Positions 52,448-64,000 of a DNA stretch of 64,000 nucleotides are shown piece by piece (within the stretch, counting starts at the first letter, position 1; each line of letters starts with the position of its first letter). The stretch is from NCBI GenBank assembly GCA_030141605.1, contig JAQGDQ010000019.1, positions 248,001 through 312,000 of the forward strand, read 5' to 3'. Under the pieces are notes generated by a model. That model did not search any database, was not told the origin of the DNA, and saw only the letters and a list, made by a program, of their open reading frames with translations. Origin of the DNA: Tubiluchus corallicola. Lineage: Eukaryota; Animalia; Priapulida. Position numbers and translations under genes: made by a program.

Positions 52448-54877
52448 ATGGATGAGGACGATTTGGAATACCACATCACATTTCCTTCACCAGGGCTTGA
52501 AAATTCTGACGATTCTGGAGAAGACAAAGAAACAGTTGTACTAATTCTTGGCTGGGCTGGAAGCAATGATAAACATTTGGCAAAATATAGTTTGCTATAT
52601 GAGCAAAAACGGTTAGTAACTTAATCTAGGTTTTTTCATACAACTTGGCACACTGCAAACTGGGATGAAGCACTCAGTGTAAAGGTCTACTTGATGAGGA
52701 TGGTTACTTCTAGACTGGATCATTGTTCATCATCAAGGATAATTCTCTAAGATATAACACTGATTAAGCAGAGGTTAGAATCAGTATGACAAACAAAACC
52801 ACCAAGAATGAGTATAGAACCATGGTGATTCGCCATTTTTGTGCTGACTAGCCTCTGCATTACTTAAGTCATTTTTGAGCACACACTGTGACCATTCGGT
52901 TAAATACCCGTGCTATGAGGCAAAAAGAACAGCATATTGTACAGGGATGAATTTAATTTTTCAATGTATTTTTAAATTTTAATATATATGCTGGTCCACT
53001 GCAATCATTTTTTCCACATTACAGTGTTACATTTTAAGGTGTTTTCACTATCATCCACTATGACTGCGGAGCTATATTTATGCAAACTTATTTTAAATTT
53101 ATGTAAGTCTTTTATGTGTATACTTGTGTTGCGCAATAGGCTATAGGTGACACTAAATTGTTTCATTTTCAATTGTTTTATAGCAGAGCCTATAACTATA
53201 TGACTGTACTGTTTACCCTTCTGGTTATTTGTGAAATGGTTTTGAAGAGTGGCTAGTACTGGCTTCTCTAATAAATGTTTGGTTTTCAGTTTTCGCCCAG
53301 TCTTACTGTAACAAAAAATACTCTATAAGCTTATCAGACAGAAGTGACTACCAGCTGTACTGCGCTATTTCGCAGATGCTAGGCCTAGTTAACAATCTAC
53401 TGAGTGCAGCTGGTTAGAACTTAGAACTAACTAATAAACTGCCTGTTGCATTATTGCACAGGCAAACAAATAGCCCATTTTTCATTAAAGGCTGTGCCAT
53501 TATATATGTATCATTATATATGTATCATGCTTGCTTGTATTTTTTTGTGTAGAGCAAAATTAGAGTAATAAATACATTTTGTATTTCTTGAATTGCGTGT
53601 AGTGCTAGCCAAAGTGAATAAAAATTCGCAAACACAAGCAAACGGGTAGCATGGTGTGACACAAATTCCACTAAATTCATCTCTACTGTACTAATTTAAC
53701 GTTAAGTGAAGTGAAATGGTAATAGCCTGAATGAAAATTGATTGTATAATGCATATGCTTGAATTCATGCTTACATATGCTTGCATGCCACACAATGTTG
53801 ATAGCGAAGTCAAGTTAAATCACTTGATGGTGAAGCCTATGTACTAAAGCCCTGCATAGTGCTTTTTGTACTATAAAATTGGAATTTTTTGCTCTGAATT
53901 TAAGCAGTGTTTGACAGGGACAAAATATTATTGTCATAACTACTGTTGGTCCTTAGGTACTTAGTTGCAAAAATTTTAATTCCTAAAGGGCTGTGTTTCT
54001 GCACGGGTTGTCTGTATGTAAAGTATCCTAGAAATGCATATGTTCTGCTAATTGGAGAGTTTTGTAATGAATGCCACTTTATTTGATACTAGACATGTTA
54101 TGTATGCAAAACATATGGCATTATTTTTTAATGAAGAATAGTAAGCATTATATGTTGGTGCCTCTTCAAATTGCCTTTTATTTCATTTATTCCATTTGAT
54201 TTATTCACACAGTTTTTATTTGCTGCAGGTGCATAACAATAAGATGTTCAGTATCGATGGAGCAACTACTTTTCAAAACAAATGGCGCAAGAAAGGTGGC
54301 AGAAAAACTACTTGAACTACTAAGTGATCTAAGTTTAGACCTCAACCCAGTTATGATCCACCTTTTTAGCAATGGTGGAGGCGGTGTCTATCGTCAAATC
54401 TCGCAACTTGTTCACCAGTCAGATCCACCATTACTTAACATAAGAGGTTGCATTTTAGACAGTGCACCTTCTAAAGTTTCCATTTTCACAGCAGTACGCG
54501 CTTCTTTTAGAGCTATTCAAGTGAAGCTAACGTGGTTGCGATACCCAATAGCAGCTTTCATATTTCTTGTAATGTCTACTATCTATCTGTACAATTTTAT
54601 TGCAGCACTTTTGGGATTGTCTACCACGCAGAGACATTCCTATTATAGAGCCATGAAGGAAGACAAAGCTCGCTGTCCTCAGCTTTACCTTTTTTCAAAG
54701 ACTGACGATCTTGTACCACATAAAGATGTGCAAGAAGTGGTAGACTATAGAAAGAGTAGGGGTATTGATGTGGAAAGTATTTGTTGGGATGATTCACCCC
54801 ATGTTCAACATCTTCGTGTATACAGAGAAGCATATATCACGGCTGTCTACAATTTTCTGAATAAATGTTTGGCGTGA
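52448..54877 (+). CDS. TMEM53: Transmembrane protein 53 (DUF829 alpha/beta-hydrolase fold), paralog A, 270 aa
   Basis: Exons 52448-52611 (MDEDDLEYHITFP..ILGWAGSNDKHLAKYS) and 54229-54877 (HLFSNGG, ILDSAP, PQLYLFSKTDDLV, SPHVQH); phase-2 intron; 813 nt. Confidence 0.92.
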
Positions 54878-55326
54878 GGAACTGCCTGTGTAGTGCTTGT
54901 TTCTCAAAATCTGAAACAGACTCACTTTTGGTGTTTAAGTGAGCTGCAATAGAAAAAACAAGGTTATTTACTGAGAATGAGATAACTATGTATATTTAGT
55001 ATAAAGTACAATTTTTGTGCCTGTGTGATATTCATTTCCGTCCATGATTGCATTTACAAATGACGTAATTCGTATTGTATTAATTTTGTTAAAACATAAA
55101 AATTTAATCTGTGTACATAAAATTTGAACATTTAAAGTGTGCATTACTTGACATATAGAATGATAGTATTTCGCTTAATGTACAAAGTACAACTTTTGCT
55201 GAGGGAGCTGAGTAGTCTCTCACACAAATGCAGTTGCATTTGTCTTGCAACTGTGCAGTATCTCATGGATAAATTTGATGGGATTCACATCGCATTTTGC
55301 TATCAATTTTCTTGTATTTGCAAATC

Positions 55327-55473
55327 ATTATTCACTTTGACTAGCTCTAGATTCGATAGAAGAAATATGAAATTTATTTATTCTGATTTTTACCAAAGTG
55401 AGTCATTATTCACTTTTGGCTAGCTATAGATTCGATAGAAGAAATACGAAATTTATTTATTCTGATTTTACCA
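55327..55473. repeat. Tandem duplication of about 68 bp
   Basis: ATTATTCACTTT..CTAGCT.TAGATTCGATAGAAGAAATA.GAAATTTATTTATTCTGATTTTACCA occurs twice. Confidence 0.8.
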
Positions 55474-57553
55474 TACTGAAAAAATGCAAGCAAACGTAGG
55501 TCTAATACATACTTTTCCCTTGCAATAAAATAGGCTGTTTGTTCATAAATGTAATAATGCAACACACAAATTTTCTGGTTAGTCTTAATTAATCGCAAAT
55601 TTCAACATATTTTTAATTAAGCCTACCATTTGTAAAATGTCACAAACATGGTAGTCGTTTCTTGTTTGATGGCTGTTTGTTAAACATGTGACCTAATTTG
55701 TTCCTTCTATTACAATAACCAAACTGAAAACCAAGAGTTCATTACTGTAACCAGTAGACCTACTATCTGTGGCCTATACTTAACCAACTATAATTTAATA
55801 AAAATTTAAAAAGGAAGTGATTCTGATGAAATTTCCCATGCTACATGATTTCAGTATGGGATAGCACCTTAAACATTTATCTAATTCAATGTAAGTGATG
55901 TGATATGAATGCCTGATTCTTTGCCCGCAGCTACTACTGTGGTAAAAACTACTTCAGTACGTGACTTTTCTTCGCTGTCTTTTTTTCATGCTAAGTATGG
56001 TGATAATTATTTACGTGATAAACTTTGTAATTACATAGTATTTTAAATTAACTGGCACTTTGTTTTTTTTTGTCTATACTACTTTATGTGATTAAAAATA
56101 AACAATTGTACTATAAATACGTTGCTTTTTTTAAACATCAGATCTTCAAATCATAGGAAGATTTTAGTACTGCTTAGTCAACAGTTATTTAGGTCATTAT
56201 TGCCAAATGCCAAGATGACAACAATATGTAATTTAGGCACTAAGTAAGTTAACTAAACGATTCTTTCGGGGATAATTTTGTTGCTAATTCATTACCTTTG
56301 TTCATAGTTTTTTCAGTGCCTTCAATGCAAGCTAATAGAGTTACTTTTTGAAAATATTGGTATTTCAACGTGATTCGTAATGTCATATTGGCAGTCAAGT
56401 CTAGTTCCAATAGACACACAACTATAGCTAGTTTTACGTACTATGTGTAGATTTTGTGACCTTTGTCTAATAATTGCATGTACTAATATTGATTTAATGA
56501 TTATCTCTTAATGCAGGTTGATCCTTTGAGGTTTAATAAAACAATTGCTGTGTAACAAGTTGGAAATATTTCAGCATGAGAAGAGTAACTGTTAATAAAT
56601 TCACCACAATATTACAGCAAGTTGGTATTTACAGAAGCACCTTAAGCAAACTTCGAAAAATGTCACCATGTTTGCCAGATATTGCTGCACCACCGTCTTT
56701 TCTTTCATCAAAGACTTCTCTTCATAATGTCAATGGTGTAAGTATAAGATTAAAGCATTTTAAATTTTATAAAACAGTTAAAGTTAATATAAATATTAAT
56801 GTTTTTGCACTTGAGCTCTGTAGTTATGGACACAACATTTCGCTGCAATTAATAGAATCAATAAATAATTCAAATCCAGTTGAATCCCTTATAAATCGGC
56901 TTTTGTATAAAAGTGCTTTTCGATAACACCTTAGTTAATAAAGATCTTGAACTTTTTTGTTGTCAATGTGTTTTTTTTTGTGCATTAAGTGTGTATTTAT
57001 TGTTGTTTAAGGTAATTACTCAAACACTGGATAATAATACTGATTTTTTATAATACATCACTAGCTGCAAAAATACAATTCCTGCAAATGCATGGCAGTA
57101 AGAAATGTGGTGTTTTGTGTTTGCAGTTTGAAGTTTGATAATGTTACATAAATTTGTGTGAGCTTGGTTAAAAAAGGACAGGACAGTTTTTTGTACTGTA
57201 GGACATTTTGCAGATTGATTCATATATTTTTAAATATCAGCTTAGTAATTTCTGTAACAGCCACGAGTGTAATTAGCAATAAGATAACATCAATGTTTCA
57301 CATAATTATTCAACGACAGGAGTCTTACAGGTGCTTGAGGTGCATGTTTCTGAAAGTTAAAATTGCAGTCGGCCACTGAAGCACAAAAACCATCATAACT
57401 TTGTTGACTCAGTGGCCAGTTTTTAGCCATTCTTCACTTTACCTAGCTTACATTTCAAAACTGAAAAATGACTTATTTGTATCAGTTTTGGCATGGGTTT
57501 CTCTCAGCAGCCATAAAACAGTATTGGTACTGTTATCTGTAACAAAATTAGTA

Positions 57554-58517
57554 CTGTAGGCGCCGGTTAATAGACGCACTTTGGAACCGACGTGTTTTGA
57601 CCCATTAACCGATGGGTGTAGTATTACAGGTATAGAAGTATAAGTCATCAGCTTAGTATGCACTGCAAAGGTTTTTAATCAATTTTAGAAATGAAGTAAT
57701 GCCTAAATTCCTTTGTGCAATTAAAAATTAGAAAAAATATTTTAAAATATTAATTTATATAAGTGAATTAGCAATAAATTAAAAAGTATGCTTTTCTAAA
57801 TCACAGATTTTTCTAAGTCTGTTTATTTGTAAAAAAAATCCTTCAAAGTCGGCTGCTTCATTTTCTCGAGAAGAAGTTGACTCACAAAGTTCTCGTAATT
57901 AAAAAAACGTTGAAATTCCGTTGTTGTGTGTGACTAAAACAGTTCTGAATCGTCTGCTCATTTACTTTGCTCTTATTTGGTTTAGGATGTTTACTCTTGT
58001 AAGTCACAACGAATACCAGCTGATTACTGTACCTGCATCTTTGACTGTTAACTCATTAAGCCTGAAAGCGTGATTTGCAGGGAGAGCATCAAAAGGAAAC
58101 CGCTAGACAAGTGATTTTAATCATGATTTTAAAAATGTTTACCTTCCAGAAATTCTTTGTGCAACAGTGGGCGAGCCGGTAACAGATTCAAAGCAAAACC
58201 ACTACGCTAGGGTATTAGCGCATGATAAACGTACCTGCTTACAAACAAAACGGTACTTAACATGATTGTTTCTGCATACATAGTGCACAAACGGAAAGTA
58301 AAGATGACATAAAAGTAGGAAAGGCTGTTTGGGCACACACAAATATCTTATGTTGAGTAGGTGAAGGAAAAATATTGAGTAGTTGTGCGGAGTTATTTGA
58401 GTCAATTACCGATCGTTTTTATGCATTATTTGAATTGAAGCGGCCCGCCCCAGGCGTTTTTGAGTCGATTAAGCGATTCAGTTTATTAACCGTGAGTCTA
58501 TTGAGCGGCGCCTACTG
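57554..58517. mobile_element. pogo/Tigger-like MITE, copy 2
   Basis: TA-flanked; TIRs CTGTAGGCGCCGGTTAATAGAC / GTCTATTGAGCGGCGCCTACTG; long homology to 43060-43891 with a different middle section. Confidence 0.8.
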
Positions 58518-58625
58518 TATTGCCTGTCATTACCATTTAGCTTACACGAAAGTTTTACATCTAGCTGTGCAATTACCAAAGTCATAACAACTATGCTAAT
58601 AATATTGTCTTTCACTTTGTATCAA

Positions 58626-58938
58626 ATGTCTATTTTTGGACAGGTTCATCTTTTGCATTCGCTGGCAGTAGATGACATTCATATCAACCTTTCTTTTCCC
58701 GAAAAAAACATTTCTAGTCATTTAGACAAAAAAGAGGCTCTGCCAGTGATTATACTTCTGGGCTGGGCTGGCAGCTCCATTAAACAGTTGTCAAAGTATG
58801 CAGAATTCTACCGCAAAGAGGGGTAGGTTTGTGATTCTACATAATTATCATGTATTGGTGTGATAATAATTACAGACAAAAGTTCTCTTTCTCTTCTTTT
58901 CTCATTTATCTTTGACTTCCTGGTTTTCTTGCTTATTT

Positions 58939-59011
<73 letters not shown>

Positions 59012-59967
59012 TCCCTCTCCCTCTCCCGCTCCCTCCCCTCCCTCTCGTTCTTCCCTTCTTGTGTTCCCCCTTATCTTTGCTGTATTACCTATTTCATTAC
59101 AGTATTAGGTCGTGATTGGGCCTCTTTTTCTCTACATTATTGTTACCGTTTTCATTGTCCTCTGCCCAGAATTTTGAACTGGTGAATTATTAGCCTGTTG
59201 AAACTTGCAGCAGTACTATGCACTGGAAAAAATTTTTCCATACGTATCTATTAAAAAATATTGTATTTTACAATGAATTTGATAAGTATTTTTGATTTTA
59301 CAGGTGCATTACCCTTGAATGCTGCTCCATAAATATGTGGCAGCTGATGTTTAAAAGAATTCATAGGTCAAATCAAGTTGCTGACAGCATTCTGGAAGTG
59401 TTGCAGGAATTTGATGTTGTTGAGAATCCAATATTTTTTCACTTATTCAGCAATGGTGGTGCTGTCATATACCTGCAAGTTTTAGAAAATTTCTACCAAA
59501 GGTGTGGAAGAAACCTTGATCTAAAGGGTTGTATTTTAGACAGTCTGCCAGGAAAATATTCAGCCATTATCATCATGCGAGCAACATTTAATGTTTTCAC
59601 ATTCAAGTATAAGTTATCATATTATGTCATATCCACTGGTGTATTCTTTGTTTTGTTGATGTACAACATGCTCTGCAAAATCACTGCATACCTTACGAGA
59701 AAACCACATATTGCTGTACATTGTTATTATGATCGTATGAAAAATGACAGAACTCGCTGTCCTCAGCTCTTTCTCTTCTCAAAATTGGATGTTCTCATAC
59801 CTTATGAACATGTACAAGAAGTGATAAACTACAGAAAATGTCTTGGAGTAGATGTAAAAAGCATTTGCTGGACAGATTCTCCACACGTTAAACATTTTGT
59901 TGTACATAAGGAAGCGTATTCTGCAGCTGTTCGTTCATTCCTTTTCAACTGTTTGAGTAGAACGTAA
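58626..59967 (+). CDS. TMEM53: Transmembrane protein 53-like, tandem paralog B (about 286 aa; start codon uncertain)
   Basis: Exons about 58626-58822 (LLGWAGSSIKQLSKY) and 59304-59967 (HLFSNGG, ILDSLP, PQLFLFSKLDVLI, SPHVKH); intron position and phase match paralog A. Confidence 0.88.
58940..59045. repeat. (CT)n / CT-rich microsatellite
   Basis: Direct reading. Confidence 0.95.
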
Positions 59968-61679
59968 GATGTGGAGTGCTTTTTTATATCTGATTTTTGT
60001 TTCTGTAATAAGTGATATGAATGTTATGATAATATGATAACCACGCCTGTTATTGTGATTATTTTGTTAAATGTGGATTCCTAATTATTTTCAGTCAAAG
60101 TTATCGGTTAACGACAGATTAAATGAATAACTTAAAAGTGCTGGATTGGTTGAAAAGCAATAGCAATTAATGTAGTGTACCTGGTGTCTATGGGATAGTA
60201 CACTCGCAGATAGGTGGCAGATCTTCGATGCTGCAGTATACGTGTCATTAAAAATGACTATGAAATGTAATATTTACTACCACGAAGCTCTACAACTCAT
60301 CCTTGCATAATATATGTGTGTGTCCATTTGTGTGTACTTATTTGTGGTGCAACATAAACTTGAATACTGAATCTATGATAATTGCTACGTTTATTAAATG
60401 GCTAACAAAAATATCCAAGCGTTTAGCAACGTATACTATAATTCTTGGCTAAGTCCAATTTATTAGAATAAGTTGTAAGCATACATCAATCAGTTCTGTA
60501 ACCATACATTTAACTTGACAATGGTAACTATAGCTTCATTTTAATAAGTGTTCAGTTTACAACAGAATTTGTAGTGTTTTAATAAATATGCATGCTACTA
60601 AGCTTGTATTTACGAATGCGTATAGCTCTTTCCATTTCTGACAGATTATATACAGCGGTAACGATAGCGGTAATAATTTTACAAGATTGCGCAACACTAT
60701 AATTTGTTCATGCTAAGTTGCTTTTGGACAATATCTCGCAGTTAAAATATAATTCATCTGCTGAACAAATGTTATAAAGTTTAAGAGCATATGAAAGCTA
60801 AAATAATTTTGTGTTACTACATAACCAGCTGCACGTCGTCCTCGGTTACATATCGGGCGATTGTGGACTGAATTTTAAAACGAAATACTTTGCGCGTACA
60901 GCTGAATCTGTCTTTCCCCAAATGGATGTTGTGCGTGTCCTTTTCAAAATGGATATCTCGCCTTTGTTTTTATTCTGTTTTAACGTGTTGCAAAACTGTT
61001 GTTATGCTAATTCAAATAAATTGAAATTGAAAATTGTTTTCTTATCTTTCACCCACCTGTTACCTTGCGGCTGGTACGATCGAGATAATTATAACGTTTA
61101 ACTTAATTCTGTCCCGTTCAAGTCGCATCCCTATAATAACATGCATTCCAGGATAGATAAGGTAAAAGTTGTGCCTAGACCTTGTACCAAGCTGCGACGG
61201 GATAATATGTGTTGGTGATATTCCATTAAAATCTATGTGTAAAATGCTCGAGCAATATCTTTTGCTTAGATGAATGTGACAATTGTTCAATTGCCTATTG
61301 TAATTTCCATGTACATAAAGCCCAACTCATTACATTAACACCTACTTTGATCAGAAGCAGCTATATAGCTTGCCTGTCACTACTGATCGATTATATGCTT
61401 TGACTTGTAATTCAATTGCCTCTGGTTCAAATCCAGATTCGTGCTCGACTTTCACATGTCCCTTTCGGTTTAAGTAGGCTCTTCCATCATTAACCATACA
61501 GTTACCAAGACATGATAATCATACAGTCTTGAAATTAAAATGATAAACAATTGATCGACCTCAGATTACTCTAGATTTTAATTATAAAAATTAAGCTGCA
61601 GAATTATTTTAGTGTGAATTTTTAGACTGATGTGCAATGAGGATTTAATTAGGACCTGTTCTGAACACAAGATGCTGTG

Positions 61680-62174
61680 ATATGCTTATAACACCTTAGT
61701 TAGACCTAGAATGGATTATGCTTGTTGTGCGTGGAGCCCTTATGCCCAGCGTAATATCACTAACTTGGAAAAGATTCAATGCCAAGCAGCCTGTTTTGTT
61801 AAAATGAATATCGCCGAGAAATTGACATTGTGACGTCACTACTACAACAACTAGAATGGAACACTTTGGAGAACAGACGGTTGCTCCACCAAGCCACAAT
61901 ATTCTATAAAATTCAGTGTGGAGTGGTGAATATACCCTTTCCTATGCGCGTTGTACCATCCTCCTTATGCACCCGTTCATGCCATCAGTACAAATATGTC
62001 GAAGTTCCTTGTAGTGTCCTCTTCTACATATATTCCTTTTACCCCCAAACAATCAGGATATGGAACAGGCTTCCAGCCATGGCAATAAATGCTAGCTCCA
62101 TCAAGACATTCCGACACGTGACTCTTGATGCCATTAGAGGCATGGAGCCGCCCGTTCATATGGAAAGATTGTAA
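61680..62174 (+). pseudogene. 5'-truncated LINE ORF2 3' remnant
   Basis: DYACCAWSP..LEKIQ, SLLQQLEWNTLENRR..FYKI and YSFYPQTIRIWNRLP motifs with frameshifts. Confidence 0.8.
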
Positions 62175-63169
62175 AAGAATTACATGTTTTTAATGCAGAC
62201 TAATAAACCACTCCTAACGCCTTGTACCATTAAGCTATCGAGTGGACATTTTTGGTTGACGCATGGGACACGTTGACATCACTCGATCACCATTCCAGTT
62301 CAGCCATTTTGAGCTTTTACAATTATCGATTGAACATTGAAGATGAAATAAAAAAACTCGTTCGAATCGAATTCGGACGTTCAATGTTCACCCCTAACAA
62401 TAGGTGGCGATGATGTACATACTTTATACCCTCTAGGTACACTGTATAGGAAATGATCATATCCCCAATTGTCTTCTTCTTCTTCTTCTGTTGCTCTAAA
62501 TACCTGCTGCAGACATTGAGCACCTATCCTTTATTAGAACACCTATTGTTTCCCGTTTGAAGCTACAACTGCTGTAAATATTTATTAATTCTTGATGTCC
62601 AAGCTGTTTTTTGTTTGCCTGGGGGCCTTTTAGCAGGTTTCAACACTTGTTTAATGTTAACCTTACTGATGTTGTTTCATTAAACTCATTAAATGTCCTA
62701 CTTACCTCAGCATTCTGATTCTAGCTTTAGTGTTCCATTGTTCTTCTTTAATTCTGTTGTGCTGCTGCTCATTTGAAAAGATATAATGAGCAATGTATTT
62801 CTAAGAATTTTTCTGATTAAACACCTCTCTGGAACACATCTATTTCTGTTTTCTGCATGAGTTGCAGCCAAACTCCACATTTCACTATTACATGAAGATA
62901 CTAATACATATGCATTAATTTGAAGAGTCACAGTCTTGTTTCGAGGGGTAGTTTCTTGTTACATATATTCAGAATTGATGTATTTTGAATAAACCGCACA
63001 TGCCCAATAGTGGGCTTAGTGATAGTCAAATGTGTCACAGTACGGTGCGCCACGTACATTTGCTTTAAAATATGGTTGCGCCCGTAAAAGTTAAGGCGCT
63101 TCTTTGTTGTGTTTTAAATTAATTTAACATTAATGATGTAATAATTTTTATTCAGTTCAAAACGAAATA

Positions 63170-63269
63170 ATGAAACTTCTCAAACCAAGCTGGGTGTCAC
63201 ACGGAGGTAAACCTTTGTTTTCCGTCGATATACACCCAGATGGATCTCGTTTTGCCACTGGTGGACAAG
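63170..63269 (+). CDS. HIRA: Histone chaperone HIRA, first coding exon (gene continues beyond window)
   Basis: Translates MKLLKPSWVSHGGKPLFSVDIHPDGSRFATGGQ(G), the conserved HIRA N-terminal WD40 start, followed by donor CAAG|GTTTGT; not listed in the ORF track. Confidence 0.93.
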
Positions 63270-64000
63270 GTTTGTGTAACACTTTGTTAGCCATTTAACA
63301 ATAACGTCAGACATTAAGTTGGCAAATATGACTATCCCACTTTTGCCTATTATTATGTGCTCTGTAAAGTGAGTTGTAGTGGTAATTCGGGTGACAATGT
63401 TAATCACAATTTTCTCCCAATACTTAGTACATCTTCTTAATTTTAGACGTCAAACTCCCTCTATTAAAATATTATTTTTAGACATATCTAAATAAAATAT
63501 GAGAATTTACATGCATGGAAGATTAGTTTTACGTTTCACTAACCTACAAAAATATAGTTCCAGAACAGATGGGCCATTAGTAGATAGCTGGTTCTGCTAA
63601 AGTCTCAATTCACTTTTTTCCTCACCTGTTGTCCTTTGCCATCCTTTGAAATTTGAAAATCCAAACTATATTTACGCTTTCTGCTAAGGTACAAATTTTG
63701 GCTGCCGCAGATGTGGTGTTACCACTATAATATAGATCCACACTATAGGCTTAGGGCATACAGCAAGTTGGACTCATCTAAAACTTTTCGTCCCTGTGCT
63801 AAGTGTTGGTGGTAGTATAAACTCTAATTAAATTAAATATTGTTAGAAAGCTATGTAGTTCCTCCTCAAAACACAATTCATTGGTCGAATCATTTAAACT
63901 GACTGTGCTTTCACTAATTTAAGTCAGTCTTATCGACAATCACTATAAAACTATTAAAGTTGTATGTGTGCTTAGAGTTTGTTTCTTGCAACAAGCTTCA

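Noticed and set aside
58860-59185. SL/SP-repeat ORFs
   Set aside because: Translation of a (CT)n microsatellite in the TMEM53-B intron
61355-61445. tRNA gene suggested by a B-box-like GGTTCAAATCC
   Set aside because: No cloverleaf could be formed; at most a decayed SINE

Overview
This is AT-rich, intron-containing eukaryotic (invertebrate animal-like) genomic DNA; all gene models were built by hand from GT/AG sites and codon phase. From left to right the genes are: (1) a 3'-truncated PNLDC1/PARN-like CAF1-family exonuclease on the minus strand with 14 visible exons; (2) a 16-exon plus-strand gene of about 1439 aa that appears to join a signal peptide, an Eph-receptor ligand-binding/Cys-rich module and about 465 aa of unassigned sequence to a complete Tectonic-2-like ciliary protein; (3) phosphoserine phosphatase PSPH on the minus strand; (4) two diverged tandem TMEM53 paralogs; (5) the first coding exon of HIRA. 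Intron 1 of the PNLDC1-like gene holds LINE debris and a full-length 2978-bp hAT transposon with 23-bp TIRs and an intact transposase of about 694 aa. Other mobile DNA includes two copies of a non-autonomous Helitron, pogo/Tigger-like MITEs, a probable Harbinger-like MITE and several LINE remnants. The most notable observations are the Eph-LBD::Tectonic-2 chimeric architecture and the intact, compositionally distinct hAT element. Family assignments rest on motifs recalled from known proteins; no database search was run.
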